From Octopus sinensis (taxonomy: Eukaryota): 18,480 nt of DNA. Both the position numbers and the translations under genes were made by a program. Each line of letters begins with the position of its first letter. Within the stretch, counting starts at the first letter, position 1. Where the stretch lies: NCBI RefSeq assembly GCF_006345805.1, contig NW_021824458.1, positions 1-18,480 on the forward strand. Reading direction: 5' to 3'. The notes below the pieces were generated by a model that saw only the letters and a list, made by a program, of their open reading frames with translations, was not told the origin of the DNA and ran no database searches. Of the stretch, positions 1 through 9,497 are shown one piece after another.

Positions 1-44
<44 letters not shown>

Positions 45-84
45 AATATATATATATATATATTATATATATTACATACACACG
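1..84. repeat. (TA)n microsatellite grading into (CA)n
   Basis: Directly visible dinucleotide run. Confidence 0.95.
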
Positions 85-91
85 TTTCAGT

Positions 92-295
92 AGTCTAAGA
101 GTTCAGAAATCATGGAAAAATGCACTCGTATATCTGTCAATACAGTGGGTATATCATTCGAAGTGTACAGTATTATATATCCAGTACGACCGATCTTTCC
201 AGTCGGTTTCGCGCTAGGGATTTAAGGGAGTGTAAAGCAACAGCCCGAGTATGTAACCCCGCACTCATCAGAGGTAGCCGTTATGGAGTGAAATA
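92..295 (-). mobile_element. Penelope-like pseudo-LTR copy 1, containing a hammerhead-like motif
   Basis: Aligns as a direct repeat with 735-939 (e.g. tcgaagtgtaca.tattatatat; atgtaaccc...actcatcagaggtagccgtta) and as an inverted repeat with 940-1068. The left boundary is approximate. Confidence 0.75.
181..282 (-). ncRNA. Type I hammerhead-ribozyme-like motif with long stem II (best-preserved copy)
   Basis: Minus strand: CUGAUGA (271-265), stem II GUGC/GCGC (264-261 with 214-211), GAAA (210-207), stem III CCGA/UCGG (206-203 with 193-190), GUC triplet (190-188). Stem I is non-canonical. Confidence 0.65.
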
Positions 296-299
296 TGGT

Positions 300-598
300 G
301 ACTCTTTCCATTTGCGTTGGTAAACATTAGAAGATTTGCGGAATTTCAGGAGAGGTATAATATTCAAAAGATCATTCTCGAACGCTTCCAGGCCCTTGAT
401 CTTAGAGGGAGACTTTCCAGATTTAAACTCAAAATTTTCTGTCTCCGTAGGCGGTTTGGGCTGGTCGAAGTAGAAGACCTTCCATCTCATTCACTTGATC
501 AAGTGGCTCAACTCCAGCAGCAGATTTCTGTTGAGCTCATTCGATGGAGTTGGGATATTCTCTGTTGAATATCCTAGGTTACACAATTCCAATTCCAT
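300..598 (-). pseudogene. N-terminal fragment of a Penelope-like retroelement ORF (possibly Naiad-type)
   Basis: ATG at 598 reads MELELCNLGYSTENIPTPSNELNRNLLLELSHLIK*MRWKVFYF...ENFEFKSGKSPSKIKGLEAFENDLLNIIPLLKFRKSSNVYQRKWKE. This matches the remembered PLE N-terminal pattern GYSxKNIPxPS...KRMRWKxxFF...FKSxKxP...LxxFExDL...KFR...FQxKLK. In-frame TGA at 493-491. No RT or GIY-YIG sequence follows. Confidence 0.75.
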
Positions 599-734
599 TG
601 TATAATATCTGTGTTAAATCATTGTTGACTATGTAGAGCGCACCGCCGGGAAATGCAGCTATATGGCACAAGGCACGGACGATTTATTGGAATATATTCA
701 ACAGTTTGTGGCGGCGAGTGAGTATGCGTATAAG

Positions 735-939
735 TCGTTTAAGTGTCCATAAGACAGGAAAAACTGCATTCGTGTATCTAGCATCAGAGTGTATATATTA
801 ATCGAAGTGTACAATATTATATATCAATTACGGCCGATTTTAGCAATCCTTTTTGCGCTGGGGATTCAACGGAGTGTTAGGTAACAGTCCGGTTATGTAA
901 CCCTGAACTCATCAGAGGTAGCCGTTACAGAATAAAATA
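735..939 (-). mobile_element. Penelope-like pseudo-LTR copy 2 (hammerhead core partly decayed)
   Basis: Direct repeat of 92-295. CUGAUGA is retained (915-909), but GAAA and the cleavage triplet are mutated (gcgcaaaaagg; atcggcc). Confidence 0.75.
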
Positions 940-1068
940 AACGGCTACGTCTGATGAGCGCAGGGTTACATATTCGGACTGTTACCTAACACTCCGGTGA
1001 ATCCATAGTGCGAAACCGATTTGTAAGAGCAGCTGTAATGGATATATAATACTGTACACTTCGACTGA
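940..1068 (+). mobile_element. Penelope-like pseudo-LTR copy 3, inverted and head-to-head with copy 2
   Basis: aacggctacgtCTGATGAgcgc...gtgcGAAAccgat...tactgtacacttcga is the reverse complement of ~797-926. Stem III 3' strand and cleavage triplet are decayed. Confidence 0.8.
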
Positions 1069-1086
1069 TTATATATATATATATTC

Positions 1087-1134
<48 letters not shown>

Positions 1135-1215
1135 ACATATGCATACATATACATTCATATACATGCATATATATATATATATTTTATTATATATGTATAA
1201 GCACACACACACACG

Positions 1216-1256
<41 letters not shown>

Positions 1257-1270
1257 ACACATACATGTAT
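1069..1270. repeat. Compound (TA)n/(TG)n/(CA)n microsatellite
   Basis: Directly visible. Confidence 0.95.
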
Positions 1271-1807
1271 GCATAATGACTTTCTGGGGAAACTTTCGAA
1301 TGTTTGGAAAACTCTTATTTCGCATTAGACATTCTATTTTATGTTGCTTACCTCTTGATTAAATAAAGAAAGGTGTTAGCTAGGTCGAATATTTGCAATC
1401 TGCAAGTCTCTTTGAAGTTGTCCATCGAACAATCGCGAAGGTGTAAACACTCCGAATATAATGAAATACTAATGCCAATCAGGTGACTGGCTTTCTCTGA
1501 GATACGGAGAAGAATGATTATTTTTTTCATTTATTATTTATTTTATTGTCTGAAGCAGGCCAAATTATTATAGTAAAACCTTATCCAAGGCTTCGGCCAG
1601 ATGTTTTCACCTTGTGCGTCGTGACAATATGGGTGTCACAGCTAACTGCTAAAGGTGTTGCGAGATTTTTCCAGACGCCATTATGGATATCTGAATTACT
1701 AAATGGTTATCTATGGTTTCTTTTATTATGGTTTCTTTTATTAGCTACGTGGTTATCAGCAAACTACGTCGAGTTGAGAGGACCGCTTAAGAGACTGATA
1801 AATGTAG

Positions 1808-2160
1808 ATTCAGTCGTAGTACAGCGGCCATGCTGGAGTACTGCTGTGAAGGGTTTATAGTTGAGTGAACTGACGCCAGTACATCTGTACCTTTTTTTGT
1901 TTTTTAAACTAGTACTTATTCTATCGGTGTCATTTACCGTGCCGCTACGCTACGGGGACGTAAACAAACCAACTCTAGTCCTCAAGTGGTGGTGGTGGGC
2001 GACAAACACAAACGCATAAACACACGCACACATGCATACTACATGCACACACATACATACACATATGCATGTATGTATATATACGTAATTGTGCCCAAGG
2101 TGTCACACTGTGCCACAGAACCCGAAACAACCTGGTTGAAAAGCGAACTCCCTAGCCTGA
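1808..2160 (-). mobile_element. tRNA-derived SINE family A, diverged copy
   Basis: Reverse-complement similarity to 2701-3120 (cggccatgctggagtactgc; agtacttattctatcggt; gggacgtaaaca; tgcccaaggtgtcac). Confidence 0.75.
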
Positions 2161-2454
2161 CAGCCAGTCTGCCTCTCGCTGAATTATGTCGCTTAGACAA
2201 ACCTGACAAAGAGACTGACAAACAAATGATTACCATTGCTTCATTCTTCGCTTATGCTTTAAATTAGTTTCTCATCTAATTAATTTACGTGTCTAATTTA
2301 TCTAATTAAATTAAGTCTTCCGAGTCTTACAATCTACACAAAATTTATCTTAGCGCAAAGTGCAAGAGATTATTCGCAACTAAGATGGTCGTTTATTGCC
2401 TCTTGTTGATTTGTTACTACAGATGTGAGGAAATAGGATTCGAGGAATTAGGGA

Positions 2455-2630
2455 CATGCGTGGCTGTGTGGTTAAGAAGAGCGCTTTGCAACGCCATGGT
2501 TTCGAGTTCAGTTGCATAGCGCAGCATCTTGTGCCACTCCCCCCTACTATACCTCCGAGCTAACCTATGTCTTGTGAGTGGATTGGTTGATGGTAACTAA
2601 GTGAAAACCCGTCAGAAGCCAGTCGTATAC
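2455..2630 (+). mobile_element. SINE family A, diverged 5' half
   Basis: gcgtggctgtgtggttaagaag...gagttcagt...cttgtgagtggattgg...agaagccagtcgtat parallels 2701-2860. Confidence 0.7.
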
Positions 2631-2700
2631 ACACACACGCACGCATTAAAAAAATAATAAGTAATGGTGTCGATTTCTCATTCGACTGAAAAAATTATTC

Positions 2701-2873
2701 AGGAGTGGCTGTGTGGTAAGTAGCTTGCTAAGCAACCACATGGTTCCGGGTTCAGTCCCACTGCGTGGCACTTCGGGCAAGTGTCTTCTGCTATAGCCCC
2801 GGGCCGACCAATGCCTTGTGTGTGGATTTGAAGACGGAAATTGAAAGAAGCCTGTCGTATATATTCATATATA

Positions 2874-2917
<44 letters not shown>

Positions 2918-3120
2918 TGTTTTGTGTTCTGTGTTTGTCCCCTAGCATTGCTTGACAACCGATGCTAGTGTGTTTACGTCTCCGTCACCTAGCGGTTCGA
3001 CAAAAAGAGACCGATAGAATAAGTACTGGGCTTACAAAAGAATAAGTCCCGGGGTCGATTTGGTTGACTAAAGGCGGTGCTCCAGTATCGCCGCAGTCTA
3101 ATGACTGAAACAAGCGAAAG
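2701..3120 (+). mobile_element. SINE family A, near full length (Octopus OK/OR-type tRNA SINE, subfamily not assigned)
   Basis: A-box-like tggctgtgtggtaag, B-box-like gggttcagtccc, CORE-like ggcacttcgggcaagtgtc, internal (TA)n, 3' end ggcggtgctccag...gactgaaacaag. Matches 17751-18170 in reverse complement. Confidence 0.85.
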
Positions 3121-3376
3121 ATAACGGATAATAGTTACATAGATACATTCACAGACGCGCGGGTGTAACCCTCCACCCGACGGCAGCCAGACTGATATCA
3201 ATCTGTCCATCAACGTCTTGTTACGAAGATGTCCATTGAAGATGTTTACTCAGAGACATCTTAGATGGCTCACAGCTTTCTGTACAGACTGGACGATTGT
3301 TTCAATCGGGGTGGATTGAGGCTGTGGCAGGAATGGTGGGGGTGGGGGTGGAACGAGACTGTAACGATGGATAGCT

Positions 3377-3396
3377 GGGGTGGGTGGGTGGGTGGG
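3377..3396 (+). other. Potential G-quadruplex, five G-tracts separated by single T
   Basis: GGGGTGGGTGGGTGGGTGGG. Confidence 0.6.
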
Positions 3397-3589
3397 TGCA
3401 GTGTCAGAAGATAGGACTTAGTGAAATAATACCAGCTTCACAACTATCACCAAGTTATTAACGCGCGCGCACACGCACACACACACACACGCGCACACAC
3501 TGACACTTCCATCCGCATACACTCGTACATACTGCTCCCCCACCCGGATATTTATTAACTATTTCTAATCTTCATAAATGCCACTGTTT

Positions 3590-3881
3590 CTCCCCATCAC
3601 CACTACAACCACCACCGGCACCAGCACCACCACCACGTCCGCCACATACGTCACCGCCCCCGTCATCAACGTCATCATTATCACAGTGACCCTCCCCCTC
3701 CGACTCTACCTCCTTTTCATCATCCCCTTCACCACCAGCACCAGCATCAACAGAAGCATTACATTCACTCCTACCGCCTCCGCCGTCACCACCACCACCA
3801 CCACCACCACCACCACCACCACCACCTCCACCACCACCATATATATATATATAATATATATATGGTGGTGGTGGTGGTGGT
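3590..3881. repeat. (CAC/CAT)n trinucleotide low-complexity tract ending in an inverted (ACC)n-(AT)n-(GGT)n
   Basis: Directly visible; it accounts for the poly-Gly and poly-Thr ORFs. Confidence 0.9.
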
Positions 3882-3978
3882 ATTATTATCATTATTATTA
3901 ATAATATTTATAATAAAGTGGGCCAGCAAGTTTTAACCTATATAGGTAAAATATACAAATAAATTAAATAGGGTAACA

Positions 3979-3982
<4 letters not shown>

Positions 3983-4019
<37 letters not shown>

Positions 4020-4082
4020 CATTTATGTATGTATGCATTATGTAGGTATGTATGTATGTATGTATGTATGTATGTATGTATG

Positions 4083-4116
<34 letters not shown>

Positions 4117-4339
4117 TGTATGTATGTATGTATGTATGTATGCATGTATGTATGTATGTATGTATGTATGTATGTATGTATTTTTGTATGTGTGTATGTA
4201 TGTAATGTATGTATGTATGTATGTAGATATAGTATGTATGTATATGTATGTATGTATGTATGTATGTGTTTGTATGTATGTATGCATGTATGTATGTATG
4301 TATGTATGTATGTATGTATGTATGTATGTATGATGTAGT

Positions 4340-4371
<32 letters not shown>

Positions 4372-4494
4372 TGTATGTATGTATGTATGTATGTATGTAT
4401 GTATGCATGTATGTATGTATGTATGTAGTATGTATGTATATATGTATGTATATATGTATGTATGTATGTATGCATGTATGTATGTATGTATATA
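3983..4494. repeat. (TA)n followed by ~480 bp of (TATG)n
   Basis: Directly visible; it accounts for the HTYI/MYVC ORFs. Confidence 0.97.
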
Positions 4495-4499
4495 AACTT

Positions 4500-5292
4500 A
4501 GATAAATTTAGATGTTTCGACTAAAGATTGTTTCAGGCCATGTTTAACTTAATAGCACCACCTGATAGGATTATCTAAATCCTTTTCAAGTCTAGTTTTG
4601 TGGCATCATGGTCCTTTCGAGTTGGGAGTTCTTGTTGAGCGAGTTCTAGCCAGGTACAGGTAGCTTATCTGGTATTCCTTGAAGAAATTCGTCCAGACTC
4701 CGTTTAAAGGTGATGGGATCTTGTTCCCCTTTGATATGTTTTGGGACAATGTTAAATTGTGTTGGGCATGCTCAGGAAAAGAAATTGCGTTGCAGTGTGT
4801 TTATGTGTTGAGAACCTAAATTGGGTAGGGGACCTATTGCCCGTGCTCCTAGCCTTGGATGAATTTTGAAGCCAATGTTCAGGTCCTTTGGGCAATGCAG
4901 GCTGTATATTCTCCACATTTATTTCTTTACTACCCACAAAGGGCTAAACATAGAGGGGACAAACAAGGACAGACAAAGGGATTAAGTCGATTATATCGAT
5001 CCCAGTGCGAAACTGGTACTCTATTTATCGACTCCGAAAGGATGAAAGGCAAAGTCGACCTCGGCGGAATTTGAACTCAGAACGTAACGACAGACGAAAT
5101 ACCGCTAAGCATTTCGCCCGGCGCGCTAACGTTTCAGCCAGCTCGCCGCCAATATACCGCTGGCGGTATATTCTCCACATTGTGCAAATGATGTATCGCT
5201 CGCGGCGGCGGCCCTGAAGAGAGTAGAGCTTCAATGCTTTGAGGCGGTCCCAGTGAACGAGATCAGTCATGCCCTTAATTCGTTTAGTGAAT
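4500..5292 (-). mobile_element. 5'-truncated CR1/L2-type LINE: ORF2 C-terminus plus 3' UTR, interrupted by a SINE
   Basis: With 4920-5162 and one TSD copy removed, the frame reads FTKRIKGMTDLVHWDRLKALKLYSLQGRRRERYIICTMWRIYSLHCPKDLNIGFKIHPRLGARA...F NIVPKHIKGEQDPITFKRSLDEFLQGIPDKLPVPG*. The WxRLKxLxLYSLxRRRER and FKxxLDxFLxxIPD motifs are typical of CR1/L2-group ORF2 ends. Contains premature stops. Confidence 0.8.
4920..5150 (-). mobile_element. tRNA-derived SINE family B, full length, nested in the LINE with a 19-bp TSD
   Basis: Reverse complement: ggcggcgagctggctgaaacgttagc...gagttcaaattcc (B-box-like)...gtagtaaagaaata. TSD gc[t/g]gtatattctccacatt at 4901-4919 and 5163-5181. Confidence 0.9.
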
Positions 5293-5295
5293 CCA

Positions 5296-5440
5296 CACAG
5301 TTTCCTCTTACCACATTCACATACTGCGCTTCAGTCGGCCCATGACTATAGCAAAAAGAACATAGTTACCCAAGGTGTCACGCAATGTACTGAACGCGAA
5401 ACGTGGTAGTTGCAAAGCGACCTTCTCAAGCACACGGCCG
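5296..5440 (-). mobile_element. SINE family A, old 5' half
   Basis: cccaaggtgtcacgc, actgaacgcgaaac and gcacacggcc correspond to the reverse complement of the family A head. Confidence 0.6.
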
Positions 5441-5565
5441 GCCAGTCCGGCTCCCATGGCAATGCTTGCGCTGATAGATTTTCCAATGCGAAGCTTCAGA
5501 CGAAATTATAGAAACTGAGACAATACAAAAGTATTTAAAGACTATTAGATGCGTCCAGCGAGAAA

Positions 5566-5607
5566 CAACTTTCGCCCACTCAGCGATAGACGAGTGGGCG
5601 AAAGTTG
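5566..5607. other. Perfect 16-bp inverted repeat with 10-nt loop
   Basis: caactttcgcccactc-agcgatagac-gagtgggcgaaagttg. Confidence 0.9.
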
Positions 5608-5654
5608 ACTGCAGTTTTATGGTTAGAATGACTATTAGCGGAAATAAAAAAAAA

Positions 5655-5656
<2 letters not shown>

Positions 5657-5689
<33 letters not shown>

Positions 5690-5985
5690 TATATTATATA
5701 TATAATAATATATATATATGTATGTATATATATATAAAATATACGTTACGAAATAGGAGTAAAATCGATGCGTTGTGAAATAAATATTATTGCTGGATGG
5801 ATGAATTCACTGCCAGCCATGGGAAATATAATTAAAAGTTTTAAAATATTAATATTTTTTTTCGAGAAATAAAAATATAAATAAATCAATAAAAAGATTC
5901 TTTGATAAATAGAGGAAGAGAAAATGGAGGAAGTCCAAGTGAACGAACGTAAAAGGGAAAGAGAGAAATAGATAGATAGATAGAC

Positions 5986-6024
<39 letters not shown>

Positions 6025-6350
6025 GGACGGATATATATATAGAGAGAGGGTGAGGGAGAGGGAAAGGGAAAGAGTGAGACAGATAGATAGATTATTTGAC
6101 AGATAAACAGGGAGAGAGAGAGAGAGAGAGAGACAAACAGACAGATAGAGAGACAATTTGATAGATAGGTAGAAAGATAGATAGATAATTAGATAGATAG
6201 GTACAAAGATAGATAGACGAATAGATAAATGAGAAAGAGGAAAATAAGAAAGGTAGGGAAAAGGCAATGGCTGGAGGCAGGGACACTCATCAATGACCAT
6301 CTCTTTCCCTTTCTCTCTCTCACTTTGTATATGTATACATACACACATCC

Positions 6351-6420
<70 letters not shown>

Positions 6421-6795
6421 TCTATCTGCCTATCTTTCTCTTTCTCTCTCCCTCCCTATATATGTGTATGTATATATATATATATATTACCCTCACTCTC
6501 TCCCTCTCTATTTTTCTCCTCTTTCACCCCTTCCTCTCTCTCCCCTCATTTCCCCCTCGTTCACTATATATGTATATATGTAGGGAGAGAGAGAGAGAAA
6601 TAGCAACATAGATAGATAGATAAATAGAAAGAAATGTAGACGGACAGACAGACAGAGAGATAGATAGATAAAGGAAAAGAATAAGAAAGGGAAAAATAAA
6701 GGTTGGAAAAGACGATGTATAGATGCATGAGCATTTATAAATGACTCTCTCTCTCTGAGAAATCGAAATGAACTCATATACTCACACACACACAC
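5657..6795. repeat. Compound microsatellite field: (TA)n, (GATA)n, (GA)n, (CTAT)n, (CT)n
   Basis: Directly visible. Purine-rich and pyrimidine-rich blocks alternate; short non-repetitive stretches are interspersed. Confidence 0.85.
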
Positions 6796-6839
6796 TAATT
6801 AAATCAAAAACGCATATACATCTACAAGGATAAAAATCA

Positions 6840-8407
6840 TAGGAAAATTCCGAGTATCCAGCGACGCGTAGAGAGGCTGAAATCAAGCTCAAATGGTTGA
6901 AATATTCACAGACATCGGCTGGAACAGCTTGGATTACTAAACGAGACATTAAAGGCAATTATAACCGCCATTCAGTCAAAAGACTAGAAAACTAAAGTCA
7001 AACGGTTTGTAAACAACAGTCGGTAGACATGATGTTCAAACTTCGACATATTCTGGTTTTCTCCAATTTTGTTTTGTTGTTTATATGTCATTGGCACCAA
7101 ACGTGTGACTCCGAACCAGCAAATGCTTGTGCTGCTCTTTGAATTCACAGATGTATCTCTGTGTCCAGATTTCCATCATTTTGTACAGAGCTTCCAAGGT
7201 AAATGAAAGAATCAACAACCTCAAGTAACTAACCCTAAACAAAAATTTTAGGGGTTTACAAACAGCAAGTTGATACATTACAACTGTTTTTTTTTTCAAG
7301 TTGATGGTTAATCCAAAATCACCACAAGCTGTATCAAATGCCGCTACAAGAGATTGCAAGCCCATTTCGGAGTGACTGACAAGATCGCAATCGTGACCAT
7401 ATGCGAGTTCCCTAATGAGTGAAGTGAAAACCTTTATTTTGAATTTCAATCTTGTCAGATTAAAAGCATTCCCTCCTGTTCGATATTTTATGTAAATACC
7501 CTCCTCGGAATTTTGAAAAGCGTGTGCAGCACTACCGCAAAGTATATTGCAAAGAGGGTGGGTGAATCAAGGTATCCTTGCTTTACTCCATTTTCCATGG
7601 CAAAAAAATTCAGAGACCCTACCACCAAAATTAACTCTAGCCTTTATATCCTGATGTAAAACCCTGATCACGTTTCCGAATTTTTCTGGGCAACTTATTT
7701 TCCTTAGAATTATCCACAGAGCATTTCGATAAACAATATCGAATGTCTTGCTTAAATCAACAAAGCAATGGTATAGGGTAGGATTCTGTTCAATGCACTT
7801 TTCGTGAAATTGTCTGATAGTAAAGATACAATCAGCTGTGCTCCTGGAGGAGCGAAAACCTATTTGAAACACTATATATGGAATTATGAAAGTATTTAAA
7901 CGTCCTACGGAATACGGTCAAATACCTTTCCAACTACAGACAAATGCAAAATCTCTCACAAATTACCACACAGATCCTTTGGCCCCGACTTATACAAGGA
8001 GACTAAAATGGGTTCAATCCAGTTTTGAGGCACTTCCTCAGGTCTCCGACAGTGAAAAATTAATATATTTAAGAGTTAAAACATTTTGTCACCCCCATAT
8101 TTCAAGACTTCTGCACAGATTCCATCAGACCCTGGAGACTTATTGTTATTCAGTTTATTCATAGCTAAATAAATGTCATTTAGAGTTGATTCAAATGACA
8201 TCTCCTCTATAACTGGAAGGTGTTCGATTTTTTCAATCATTCTCATGTCAACAGATGATGGTGTATTCAAAAGTGCAGTAAAATGTTTTACCCAGTGCTT
8301 ATGAATAGAAGCGGTGTCAGTCAAAAGCAAATATCCTTTTGCTGTTCTCACTGGAGCTATTGAAAATTTGGGGTCATATAGCTCCTTAACACAAGAGTAC
8401 AAAAAAC
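6840..8407 (-). mobile_element. Decayed, 5'-truncated RTE-clade LINE (reverse transcriptase region)
   Basis: Frameshifted fragments: HWVKHFTALLN...KSPGSDGICAEVLKYGG; QIGFRSSRSTADCIFTIRQFHEKCIEQN...FVDLSKTFDIV...LWIILRKISCPEKF; ELAYGHDCDL (degenerate YADD)...FGLTINLKKTVVM; RAAQAF. These are characteristic of RTE/BovB-like ORFs. The left end is approximate. Confidence 0.9.
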
Positions 8408-8702
8408 GACTACCCACAAACTCTATCCCAACCCTCAGCCGAACCCACACTCCACCCGTGCTTTCCCCACTCTCGCCTCCTCCACCTTCCAGCAACATCA
8501 CAGCACACAACCCACACACCCATCCCCACATTTTCACACCTACACATACATACACGCGCACGTCCAGACCACCAGCCCTCGTTCACACGCACATACATAC
8601 TCTCTTATACACACACGCACCTTCGTGTTGGGGGGTCATCTTTACTTTGTTATCTCCCCTACTTTCCCCCTCGTGTGTGACCCTTCTGTCCGAAGTCAGT
8701 CG

Positions 8703-8898
8703 CCATGATAGATCGTTAGCCACTACACAGATTTTTTTCTCTCTTGTTTCTCTCCTTGTTTTTCTCTGTGTCCCTTTCTGTAGAAGAGCATAGGCTCGAA
8801 ACGTAAAAGACTTTTTCTATTCCTGAGCATTATACTAATACATCTGTTTGTTTTGTACACCACCTGTCTTTGTCTTTTGTTTTTCTTAAACATTCCCT
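8703..8898 (+). mobile_element. PLE-type terminal repeat family 2, copy a
   Basis: Homologous to 16252-16455 (catg...atcg.tagc...ttttttctctc...ctgt.gaagagc.taggctcgaaacgtaaaagac...actaataca...ccacctg.ctt.gtcttttg). PLE origin is inferred from the hammerhead-like motif. Confidence 0.65.
8774..8809 (+). ncRNA. Minimal type I hammerhead-like motif (A6U core variant)
   Basis: CUUU-CUGUAGA-A-GAGC(AUAG)GCUC-GAAACGUA-AAAG; 4-bp stem I. Confidence 0.5.
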
Positions 8899-8903
8899 AT
8901 ATA

Positions 8904-8949
<46 letters not shown>

Positions 8950-9249
8950 TTATATAAATTAGAAGAAAACACAAACCTTTTATCATGCAATAATGAAAAA
9001 TTAAATGATACCATTTAGAAAAATTACATATTATAGAAAGATTAATATAAGATAAAACATAAAACGATTTTATATATGTAATTTCTCTAAATGGTAATAA
9101 TTTAATTTTTCATTACTGAATTGATAAAAGGTGGGTTTTTTTCTAATTTAGATATATATATATATATATTTTGTGAAATTTGATTTAGTATTTCTAAATT
9201 GAATTTTTCCCTGTAAGTTTGGAATAATATTCCATCATATTATTATTGT

Positions 9250-9283
<34 letters not shown>

Positions 9284-9339
9284 ATATAGATATATATATG
9301 TGTGTGTATATATGTGTATATATATTTATTCATTTATTT

Positions 9340-9497
9340 ATGACGGGTTTCTCTCATTTTCCGTCTACCAAATTAGTTTATAAGTCCTTGGTCTGCTCTG
9401 GTTACAGTGGTAGAAATTTGCCCAAGGTGTCCCACAGTGGAACCGAGCCCAGAACCCTGTAGCTGGGAAGCAAGCTTCTTACCACACAGCTATGTCA
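9340..9497 (-). mobile_element. SINE family A, 5' half
   Basis: ttccgtctaccaaat...tgcccaaggtg...gggaagcaagcttcttaccacacagc. Confidence 0.8.

Noticed and set aside
491-493. In-frame TGA in the PLE ORF as a possible selenocysteine codon (some Naiad PLEs are reported to encode selenoproteins; Craig et al. 2021)
   Set aside because: It falls at the Arg of the K-R-M-R-W motif, so CGA>TGA CpG decay is the simpler explanation. No SECIS can be assessed because the 3' part of the element is absent. A family consensus with TGA or Cys here would reopen it.
3572-4505. Long ORFs (poly-Gly, poly-Thr, HTYI/MYVC repeats) here and similar ones at 5746-6795, 9953-11335 and 16691-17090
   Set aside because: They are translations of microsatellites that happen to lack stop codons; no evidence of coding function.
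4500-4545. Minus-strand CUGAAAC...AGUC-GAAAC resembling a hammerhead core
   Set aside because: The core is not CUGANGA, stem II does not pair, and I found no stem I or NUH. It is better explained as the LINE 3' UTR.
7886-8793. Plus-strand ORFs 7886-8164 and 8314-8793
   Set aside because: Antisense shadows of the RTE element and CA-rich low-complexity sequence.
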